From: Tubiluchus corallicola
Lineage: Eukaryota > Animalia > Priapulida
Assembly: GCA_030141605.1 (NCBI GenBank)
Contig: JAQGDQ010000011.1
Coordinates: forward strand, 430,066-494,065
DNA length: 64,000 nucleotides
Reading direction: 5' to 3'
The notes beneath the pieces are model-generated. The model searched no databases. It was not told the DNA's origin and was given only the letters and a program-made list of their open reading frames with translations. The translations under genes and the position numbers were made by a program. Below, one piece after another: positions 23,585-35,543 of this stretch (positions are counted from its first letter, which is position 1; every line of letters starts with the position of its first letter).

Positions 23585-26500
23585 CTAAAAAGAAAAAGTC
23601 GCTAATAAAACAAAAGAATATTTTACAGAAACTACGACACTACATTACATCCGTTTAGATACTCTAGAATGGTTAACAATTATTTAAAAATTAAAACAGA
23701 CAAAATAAAATTCAAAATTTAAAGTGTTTTCTAAGAATTATGCAAAAGCTGTTAAAACAAGTAAGTTTTCACGTTCGACTTAAAAGTGTCAAATTTTCTT
23801 AATACATATGGCAGCAAGTTCTAGTAATATGGGCGTTAAGCAACAGATTCCCAGCTTGAAGCAAAAACTAGATTTGATGGCGTGTTATGAATACTCAGTG
23901 GACAAACTTACCATATAAATTCTAAATACACGCCTTTTCTTCTAGAACATGGAAGTACCTACACCTGCATTGTAGGGCGCTCTAATCTGTTGTAGTTTCA
24001 TTGTAAGTTCTAGCATTCACAACAATTTTACATAATTGCTAAGTTTTAATGGGCTATTCACATAAACACTCACAAGTTATCTTGAAATAATGTTACCTTT
24101 GGACGGATTGGTGCGTCCAGCGTACCACTTTCAAGCCCCGTCCAATTAAAACCCTCGAACCATTTTTGTTTCATGACGTCGGCCATACCGTTACCCTGAA
24201 CTCCAATTCTTTCATGTGGATTTTCCCTATAAATAATTAAAGTTAAGCAGCATCCACTTTGGACGTAATGTGAAAACATTTAGGGACGTTCTAGTAACGT
24301 TGCTTACCGACAGAGGCGCTTGATGACTACTTGTGCAGGTTTGGAAATCTTCCTTGGAAAGTCGATAATATCTATTCCTTTTAATATCCTGTTATAAGTC
24401 TTCATGGGATCAGATCCAGTGAAAGGCGGACTGAAACAAAAGTTATAGTTGAGCTAAATTATACAGGGTGGTTCTATAATATCTTACGTTTCTATGAACA
24501 TAGTTTTATCATTTTTTCCTGTAAATGTAATGAATAATTTATAAGTTTTAGCACTTTTTATAAGCACAAGTATGTTAATTATTTTATTTTTATTTTATTT
24601 TTTCTTTCTTCCTTCTTTTTTCTTCCATTTTCTTTTCTTCCTGCTTTTTTTATTCATTCATTTGTTCAGTCATTCATTTACTCGTTTGTTGATGATATGT
24701 TTAGTGATCTATTAACTAATCGATTTATTCATTCATTTATTGTTAAGTAATTTCTTTATTCGTTCGTTTGTTCATTCATTCAACTAGTCAGTCAGTCAGT
24801 CTTTCAGTTGAGCCAGTCGGTCGGTCAGTCAGTCAGTCAGCCAGTAACTCATTTACTTAGCAATATTAAACAAGTGTATAAGCCATTCTGAAAATGCTTG
24901 AATTTAGTACAACGTGAACACACCTTCCCGTTAGTAACTCAAATATCAGAATTCCTAGTGACCAGTAATCAGAAGAGAAATCGTGCCCCTTATTGAGGAT
25001 AATTTCTGGAGCCACGTACTCGGGAGTTCCACAGAAAGTCCACGTTTTTCGACCGGATCCAATCTTTTTTGCAAATCCAAAATCACACTAGGTAACAAAT
25101 CACAAAAACTGCTGTTAATTAAATGTCTAAATCTAAAAGAGTTAAGATGACTATATAAAGAGAAGGCCTAAAACAAAATTTGAAAAAGCGGCTAAAAGAT
25201 GGCACTTCACCAGTTTAGCATATCCCCTGTCGTCCAACAGAATGTTTTCTGGCTTCAAGTCTCTATACACTACACCTTTAGCATGCAGGTACTGGAATGC
25301 TTCCATGACGCAACCCACGTAGAAACGTGTTGCACTGTCGTCGAAACTACCCCTGAAAAACGCAAGAAATGAATTACACAATCTGTGCCAAGAAAGCACT
25401 CGGAAAATCACATTAAGATAAGCCTTGTAGATCCGTTACAGAAAATGTGCTGAATGTTTTCAATAAACCTACAAAAACGTGTTGTCAAAAGATGTCCTTG
25501 CCTTGGTCGCGAAAACAAAAATATACATTCTTATAATAGATTGGAGGCATTGTAAAAAGCGTTTGAAATGTTTTTAATAAACCAACAAAAATGGTGTTAC
25601 CAATCTGAATACGCTCTATGCTGTGTTCTGAACTTCTGATAATTTGCAACAATTACATTTGATTTTAATATTTTAAATCTTAAGAAAGTGTTTTGCACTT
25701 TGTTTGTTTTAAATGCGTAATAGACATTTTAAGATTCTCTTGCGATTGCTAAAAGCTAATTTCTGGATGAAGGCAAGCCATTAGGGAAAACAACAACAAT
25801 TTTAAACCATTTTCTTCGCTGCACTTCCAGCTATAAAGCTCCTTTTCATAATAACAAGATAATTTCTTTAAAGGACAAAAAAGGCGTTTGGTACTTAATT
25901 AGTACACTTTATATAATACACGTATAAGCCTAATACATGGGTACCAAATGCAATTTTTGGGGCGAGCCCGGTGGTGTAGACATTCTGGAAACTGTTTCAG
26001 AATTACAGTCTAGTTAAAGCTATACTTATCTGCAACACAGCTGGAACTTTGAGTAACTCAAAGATTACAAATTCTTCAAATTCCAAGAGCTTGTTTGTCA
26101 CCATGTTCACCAAAGTAGCAGCGCGCGACTTTAATGGGAACAATGACATTTGGATCACGCTCTACCTACGAAAACAATTCTCGTTGGTTTTAAAAAACGA
26201 AGAAGGTTGTGGGTTCTCAAAATCTGTTACATTTAAAATGCGAATGAATCAGCAGGCTGCTTGTTCTTCCAATAATTAATGTAAGCTGAGTAAGCGTATC
26301 CTGCCGCCTTCCGCAAATCTTCCAGAAAATTGGCCAGCTATATGTTATTGTTTAGACCACGGATTTTACATAGTTTAGAAAACATAGAAGTCGAATTGGC
26401 TCACTCGTTTATAACCTTGACCCAGAACTTTTTAGCTGAAATATAGGGCAGAGGAGGGAAGGTTTTATTCGCTTATCCATTGTTCGTAATGCAACCCAGA

Positions 26501-29275
26501 TTTGTGGTGAGGGCTTTGTGATTGCAAGATCTTTCTGCAAAAGTTAGCAAAATGAACAGCAGATGTAAGTCGAAGTCTCAGCGTTCAATCTGCGAAGGCT
26601 CTTGGGCAAACAGCGCCGGCGGGATCCCCTAGCATTGACCACAGATGTCTAAACTATTACTTCAATTTGCTAGGAATTATAGGAGCTTTAACTGTAATGT
26701 ACAGCACACATATACTGGATTAAGTCGGCTCAGTACCTCTCTGTTAAACCATATAAAATAATCAGTGTTGGTTTATCTCTAAATTTTAACACAATAATAG
26801 GCTCTTACATGTTTTTTCATTTGGGCTGCTTCTCTATGGGCTTGTCAACGCGTTTTCTTAACGAGAATCGTCGACATATTTTAATCAAAAGTGAAACAAA
26901 TGAATAAATCAACAAAAGGAAAATATTTGTGTTACTGAAAAAGAAAAGTCCCTTTATCAAGGGTCGAGAAGCAGGCTCGTCAACAGTGTCAGTGGCCAAA
27001 GAACTCTTGCCTTTGTTCTGACATTTTTTGATTAATTTTCCTAGCAGTTTTCTCTATTAATTTTAATCCGCAACACTCGACAATACAGGCTGCTGTTGGT
27101 TTTCTGTCCTCACACTGTTAAAATTTGAGTAAAGGCTTCGTGAATTCAACTGCCTTTAGGCCTGTTCTAAACACGCAAACTGAGTGCTGGCGCACTGGTT
27201 TTTAAGTTATTAAAAATGGCTTCTAGTCTAGAAGTTCTAGGATCAGATTCTAGGTTCTAGAAGATCAGAAAGATCCTGAGAATCAGACAGGGTTATTTGT
27301 GAAAGTTTATACTTTTGGCATCCGAGATTTTCACCATCTCAAATTTCTCGTCTAATTTTTTTTGTCGGCGAGTTGCCATCACTGAGAAAACCTTTTCATT
27401 CACTGTTTTTGTAAGCGGCTAATGTGACCATTTAAAAAATAAATTGATGTTGCTGGGAAGAATAATTTAGCTCTAATGAGCTGGCCAACGAAGTCCAAAA
27501 GTTACAAGCTTGATTTTTTGCACCTATGAAATCTGTTTTATTGTATAGTAATTAATTAATTAATTATTTTCGTTTTTAAAATTGTCTGGAGTAAAAAATG
27601 ATTGCCAAGCATAAAATTCTAATAATATATATTTGCATATAAATCATATTGATATAGCACGCTATAATCTTCCACAATTGATATAATGAGTTATCATTTT
27701 CCACTGCTTCATAAAGACACAGTATTTCAGTGGAGATGTAATGAGTTGTTCACAGATTTTCCACAATTCTACGAATTGTTCTTGGCGGGGCTGAGCCGCG
27801 CGCGGGGGGAGGGGGTAATAGTCGGTTATTACACCTGTGAAAAGAGAAGCTATCGAGTATTAATGTACACATCATACAGCTAAGCCGTTTAAAGCAAAAC
27901 CGGACACAATCTTAAACTGCAGGTCAAAACAATCTACTCTTGCCTTACGTGAAAGAATTATTACCACACAAACACAATTTCGCGTTCGCGCTACTGGTTC
28001 TTCGCCGTATCATGCATTTCGCCATTTGCTAATTAGACGGGCACTAGCTCCTGCATTTCGGAAACGCGTTGCGCAAAAACAGTTGCTGTATTTCTCAGTT
28101 CAAATGCGTTAATTTGTGACGAACTACACACGTTCGACAGCGCATGCGTTAGTACAGCAGAAAATTTGAAATTTTAGATTTGGCAATTAGATTTGGCAAA
28201 CACGCTCGTGGAATATTTTTAATGTTGAAAATAGTGTTAGTTTGTGATGTCGTCAATAGTTGGGCTCGCCCGCCTTATCAGAAACGCGTTTGCAGTATTA
28301 GTTGTGTTAAAATGTATAGTTTTTATCGGACTTGAAAAAGGAGTAGTAAATGCAAAATCATATTGTCTTCATTTAAAGGACTGCTTCTGTCAAAATACCC
28401 AGTCCAAATTATGAAATATTTCTTCCAAATTCTGAAGATGTGGCAGCGTTTGAACCAAGAGAATGGCTTCATTATAAAAACCTAAATGCATATGTGAAAT
28501 ATAGAAGTCAAAAATTTTACATTTCTCTGCATACATTTTCTATGTCATTTTGCATAGAAAAAAAATCTCCGTGGATATCCGAGCAAAGGGAAGTAAAACA
28601 ATTCAAACCAAATGCACTGTTTGTCCGACCTTTGTAAAGCCTTGCCCATAATGTAATTCTATTAAGGCCGCCATTTTCTGTTATTTAAAATATACGTCTC
28701 TGATCTGCGTAGACTGTTTTGAGGTCTGGCTTTGGAACATAAGTCAGTAAAAATCAGTATCTGCTTATTGTTAATGGCAACATTGTTAAACAGAAAAAGC
28801 CTTTACTAGATAGATGACAGCATGTTACAAAGGAAATGTTTAAGCTATTTATCACTTACTTTGCTTGCTTTTTTTCGTATTTAGTTTTCAAATGCAGGTG
28901 CCTGGTAACATGTGGTTCTTAAATTCCGGCATAGTCACTGTTGCGTCTGCTATAATTGTTTTCTACGTAATAGGATCCTTCTATTTTTTTGCTCGACGAA
29001 AGTGTCTTGTGCTTCGAAAAAGATGAATTTAGTTGAGAAGATTTTTTTCGTTTTTTTTCGAAACGTGTGAAAGCATTCTCCTGCTTTAAGGATGTCTATT
29101 GCGTACCATTAGTTTGTAAACGTTCGCCTGTAGCCGCTTATATTGTTGCTATATTGTGCAATTTGCTGAGAAAAAGTAACAGATTGAGAGAAATAGGGAG
29201 AAAGCCAGAGAGACGGAAAGAGAGCGGCAAAGGGCAAGAAGGCAAAAAGAGAGAGAGAGAGAGAGAACGAGAGAG

Positions 29276-29339
<64 letters not shown>

Positions 29340-32300
29340 GGGGAGATGAAAGATGAAAGAAGATTATATTATTAAAACAACGCAGATTACTGAAGCATGG
29401 ATATGTCTTATATATATGAGCATCGATATGAGCTTTCCGTAGTATATTACCAGACAGTTTTTGTGTTTGTCCAAGATCTTTGCAGTAAATCTCTAAGCAG
29501 ATTTTCTAAGCTGTTGACACAAGCCACCATTTAACTGATAAACATCTGAAATGTCCATTCAAAACTCAATCTTCCTTCATGACCTTTGTTTAGCCATGAA
29601 CCTGTCACAATGTGCATTAGACATGATTAGTGAAAGTTTCCTTTATCACCTAGAATGCATGTTGTCAGGAGTTGCACTAATTATGACTAATGCACATTGT
29701 GTCAGGTTCATGGCTAAACAAGGACCATGAAAGAAGATTGAGTTTTGAATAGATACTTCAGATGTTTATCGGTTAACAGGTGGTTTGTGTCAACATTTCA
29801 GAAAATATGCTTATGTGTATTGTATGTCAATAATTTTCTTGGGCAACTCGCATGCGCCTTTTCAAACACTTTTGGAAATACTGTATGCACAACACTATAT
29901 ATCAGAAAAATCCTAATGAGGTAACTTGTAAACAAGAGTATTCATTTTGCTCTGATGCAGTTAAGTGAAGTAGCGTGCGTGTTTACGTAAGCTTGTTGTT
30001 TGCGGAAAAGGTTAAATTATAAAATAAAAACGCTGTCATGCGAAAAAAGAGCTTGCAGAATCGCAAAAAACAATGTTTCTCTCAATTCCCAGTTTTGCAA
30101 ACATAACAGATGCCCTACATTCAAAAAAATGGTTTTTTAAACGCCCACCAAAAGCGCATAGTTTCAAGATTCAATTACCTTTGTCTAGCATACAGGTTTC
30201 TTCGTTTCACTTTAAACGCAACCGTTGTTCTTTATTTTGGTGTGAGTATGGCGGCTCGACCTAGATCTTTGAAACTGAAGTGTGCTAGTTTTTCTTCAGC
30301 CCAGTAGCAAACTTCGGTTTTCAGTTAAGTTTTTTGTATTGTTTTTCTGTCCTTTAAAATTGCTATCGATACTTTGCAGTCAATTAGAAGTGTGATAAAG
30401 GCATTTTCACTTTCTCGGTTTTCTCCGTGCTCTCTGTGTGTCATTATCCACTGGTAAGACGAGCAAATTGTTAGTGAATGTGAATTGAAACTATGAATAA
30501 GAATAGGATTCTGCTGTGTCGGAGATTCTTAATTAATTTGTCCGGAATGCGAATGATTCGGTTACTCGCTTATTGGGTCTCTCTGCCCAACTGCCTGTAC
30601 ATGTTGTTTAGAATGCAATTTATTGTTTCATGAAACTGCTTTCTCGTAAAAATACAGAGAAAACTCTGCTGTAAGGTCACAATATTAAACTTAAAAACTT
30701 ATAAAAATCTAGTACAGGAACAACGACAATGAGAAGGAAAACCGCATCGCGATGAAATGGACGTCATTACAAAGTTACTTCTCAACATTTTTTGTTTTCT
30801 AATTTCGTAATTTTTCTGTTGCAGTTTCTTGTGTGTTGCACATTCTGTGCTTAATTAGTCACTATGTTGTAAATTATAAAATGCAAGACAAAAAATGGCG
30901 TGTTTCTGTGATTTTTGGTTTTTCCTTTCAGTTAAAGATAGAACCCGGTCGTGTAAAAAGCGGTGCGTGGTTTCAATTTATTTATACATGCATCAACTAT
31001 TAATTGTTGGCAATAAGTTTGTTTTGTATAGCGTGAAATTAATGAAATGCTGGAGGTATGGACATTCACCGTAAAAAATTCCAGAAAAAATTTGCGAAAT
31101 ATAATTCCTCTCTCGCACTGCACTTTTAATGGAAGTTGTTAGTCTTATTACAGTGGTAAACTATAAATGTTATAGGCGGACTGGTAAAAATTTGTGATTC
31201 GCTGAAATCAAACATAAGACTGCACGCTGTGAATACTTGCGAAAAACAAAAACGTTTATTAAAAATCCGTAGAAGCCAGGTACAGCAGAAATCTTTCGTC
31301 AAAAATTTCGTATTTACATTGAAACAATCAGCATGTACTGTATTGGCAGTGAAACCAGAAGTTCACGAAAAGGCCAACATATCTTCCACTCGTTTCAATT
31401 GTTTTCTTTTCCCCTGTGTTTAGTTTACTTGCTACCTGTAGCCAAATAATACATGTAGGTATCCTGCTTTTAGCATTTCTTGGATGATTTAATGAAACGA
31501 TCGATCTTCTTAACACGCGGAATAATTCCAAGGTCGCGAGGGCTTCTGACTACTGGAGCGTGAAACTGACGCAGGTGGACAGCCTTGAGGTAATCTAGCA
31601 TAGCTGCGAAGCCTTGGAACAGGAAATGAAACCAGGTACGAGTAATAATGAGAGAACTGAGCTGATTGTAATCTGGCTTTGTGAAGCCATGTACGAGTGA
31701 CAATGAGCTGAGCTAGGCTAGTCTGTCTGCATGAATTCGATTACGCAGGTTTGCAAATGTATACAATACTGACTGGCAGACTGCCTTTGTAAGATAAGCC
31801 AAAATCTATAACACGCTCCTGGGTAATAGAAAAGAAAATTTATGGACCAGTGGAGCACTGTGGGATAGTATCAGGTTGTGCGCTCAGCTTTGGTTACATT
31901 ACATGATATGCATTTGAGTTTTCGTTTTAATGTACAAATCGATTTAACAAAATTACCACTGGTACAACCAAATCCAATTTGGGCAAAACGGTCAGCTGCT
32001 TTTTAGTCAAAGTAAAAGGAAAACTTGCATTGCTACAAGTACAAAAAACTAATCGCAAACTAATAAATTAGGAACTGTGCAACTGCAAGAACTTTACTGC
32101 CTTTAATTAGAAAAGAGTAGAATCAAGGAGGCCATCGAGAACCTTGAATACAGTTTGTGGTTGTTTGTTGAACAGATGGTTCACGCTCTGCAATGACTGC
32201 TGCTTATTGTAAAATGGAAACAAATTGTAACATATGCAGGTCGACAGTCGTAACACTTCAAGAACGACTTGACGTAAAAAGTTGCCATTCTACCCTGGTT

Positions 32301-35300
32301 AAGCATCCAAGTTGACTGCCTGGCTCTCTGTTTTAGGACGTGATTAAGCTTTATAGAAAGTGACAATCGAGGACCTCAGTACAGTCTAATGGAAAAGCTT
32401 CTTGTCATTTCTTTTTGTTGTTTCTGACACCTGAGCCTGTACCTGTGCATGCAGCAGTTGTCCACTGTTTACCTTTCCTTACAAATGAATAAACATTACC
32501 GTAGCGACCGCTAAAGACCCTGGAGAAAACTAATGAAGCTTGTATGCGCGTTTGTTTATTTTGTGCTAATTTGAAGATATTGTTTTCACAATTTTCCTTT
32601 ACGTAGCTGCTGCCTGTTGCCTTTTCGTTGGTGTCAAATTCCATGATCATAGTCGCCACGATCATGTTGAAAAATGGGATTCATGTATTATGCAAAACTA
32701 GTATTTTATAGCCAAGTAGGGTTATATAGTGCTCAAGTCTGGCAAAGCCTGCTGTGTTTTAACGACTAATAAATAGTCTGATGGGAATATGAATTTTATA
32801 ATGAAGCCGTCTAGATAGGGGCGGTTCCAGCAGTAAGTTTTAGAATAGGACTTCGCATGGGCGACGACCCGTTTTTATTTGATATCCCAACACTGCATTA
32901 GGTACTATTTTGGGTGGGGCGCCTGTACATGGATTGTGGAAAGGGGCCCCTGTTCATAGCCACGTCTTTGTAATTTTAGTTAATTACAGGCCAAGTTATT
33001 ACGTTATTACTCTAAGTTTTTACTTTATCTAACAAGATCATTCAGTCCTACTTGACAGAAATGAGAAATTCCAAGAAATTGTCGACATTTCTCGCCTTGT
33101 GATAATTAATGTAATTGAATTCCAGGGCAGAATGAATAAGCAAGAAAATTCAAGTGCCTCGAGCAAAGAAATTTTGTACAAGAGTTACTAAAGTTTTGGT
33201 GATATACTTCCTAAAATGAATAAATGAATGACTGGCTGACAGACTGATTGACTGAATGAATGAGTGAGTGAGTGAATGAATAAACGAATAAACAAAAGAA
33301 CGAACGAACGAACGAACGAACGAACGAATGAACGAATGAATAAATGAATGAATAAATGAAGGAAAAGTTTCGAAAGCTGCAAGCATATCATTGATGAAGT
33401 GAATGATTGATTGAATGAATGAATGAATGAATGAATGACTCATAAACTGAATGAAAATGAAAGAATGAATGAATGAATAAATGAAGGAACGAACATGTGA
33501 AGTAGTAAATGAATAAATGGGTGAACAAATAAACAAATAAAATAAAATAAAATGAAATGAAATGAAATGAAATGAAATGAAATGAAATGAAATGAAATGA
33601 AATAAAATGAAATAAAATAAAATAAAATAAAATAAAATAAAATAAAATAAAATAAAATAAAATAAAATAAAATAAAAACTTCAAAAATGTACGAAAAGTT
33701 GCTCGCAGTTCGAACTGAGAGGAACAATTCTGAAAGACCGGTACAAAACTTTGAATTTTTGCATTTAGTATCATTGTTATACACTGTATATAATTTTACA
33801 AAACTGATGTCAGTGATGTGGCACAATAATATAACGGAAGTTTTTCTCAATTTTTAGACATTATACACAAAGAGCACTGTAGTTGTCGTTTTGCGCGTTC
33901 AAAATGTGTGTTCATCCACAGAATAATCAATAAATAAACAATGCGACCCAAACAACTCACCTATCTCTAAGAATGGTCCACAATTCACCACCGAGACATG
34001 CTTCAAACATCATGTAGAGAAATTTTCTATCTTTAAACGTTCGATACAACCTAAAAATGCCCAAACCTAAGTATGGTGACTTCAAACTACAACTCTCAGA
34101 AAATAACCGATGTTCTAACACCATTAAGCCACACTGTTTAAAAACAGTTTACCAAGCCTAAAGCGATTGAGCATAAAAACTGTATATTAAATTGTTTGTG
34201 ACTAATGCTGAATAGTGCTGTGACCATAGTACTCAATACGGGAAATCATCCTAAGCTAAAGCAACAGATGTTGTGAGGTTCAAATGTTAAACAAAGTCAG
34301 AGCAGTATGTCTAATGCAATTTCTTTAATTTTACAAAGCCGTGGTTTTCATTTCGGGCAAGTATACATTGCAGCACACTCTACCACTGATGCTCTGAAGC
34401 TGATATCAGAGCAGCAACAGCCTAACAGTGATAACTACATTAAAATTATTTGTCTTACCAAGCGATGAAATAACACTGGCAAGCTTGCATTATTTGCTGT
34501 CTTATCTAGTAATGAAATCACACAGGCAAGCTTGCATTATTTGCTGTCTTATCTAGTAATGAAATCACACTGGCAAACTTTCATTAATTGCTGTCTTACC
34601 TAGTAATGAAATGGCACTGGCAAGCATGCATTATTTGCTGTCTTACCTAGCAATAAAATAACACCGACAAGCTTGCATTATTTGCTGCTTTACCTAGCAA
34701 TGAAATAACACTGGCAAGCTTGCAGTATTTGCTATCTTACCTGGTAATGAAATAACACTGACAAGCTTGCATTACTTGCTATCTTACCTAGTAATGAAAT
34801 CATACTGGCAAGCTTGTATTATTTGCTATCTTACCTGGTAATGAAATAACACTGGCAAGCTTTCATTAATTGCTGTCTTACCTAGTAATGAAATAACACT
34901 GGCAAGCTTTCATTAATTGCTGTCTTACCTAGTAATGGGCAAGCGTGCATTATTCGCTGTCTTGCCTGGTAATAAAATAACACTGCCAAGCTTGCATTAT
35001 TCGCTGTCTTGCCTGGCAATAAAATAACGCTGGCAAGCTTGCATTATTTGCTGCTTTACCTGGTAATGAAATAACACTGTTAAGTATGCATTACTTGCTA
35101 TCTTACCTAGTAATGAAATCACACTGGCAAGCTTGCATTATTTGCTTTTCTGACATGATATGGGTTTGCTGTCTTGTGTCGACAATGTGTTTCTTTTTCA
35201 TAATTTTTAGTGCAAACGATCGCTTCTCATCTCCCTCTATCTGTACCTAAGAATAATTACAAAATAAGCATCTTTAACAAAAAAAAGTACAGAGTAATTA

Positions 35301-35497
35301 AAACATTTAGTAGAATAAAGTTGTCCATATAAAATGTGGTATTAATGTGCCCGATACACTTTAGGACAAAAAAGCAATAGTTCAATGCTAGCAGCGACAG
35401 TGACGAACATAGCAGCAACACCAGCAACAGGAACCACCACTGTTGCATCCTGCCTCATCTTCTGCTACTACAGCTGCAAACAACTGTCACTATAGCC

Positions 35498-35543
<46 letters not shown>

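Noticed and set aside
27780-28380. CpG-rich patch as a nested promoter
   Set aside because: Part of it begins with a TTAA-AG terminus similar to the sequence at about 63900, so a transposon origin is the simpler explanation.
33150-33850. FILFY/SFIH repeat ORFs
   Set aside because: AT-rich microsatellites.
34446-35146. Regularly spaced repeats resembling a CRISPR array
   Set aside because: Units are contiguous with no unique spacers, derive from a PKG exon junction, and lie in eukaryotic DNA with no cas genes.
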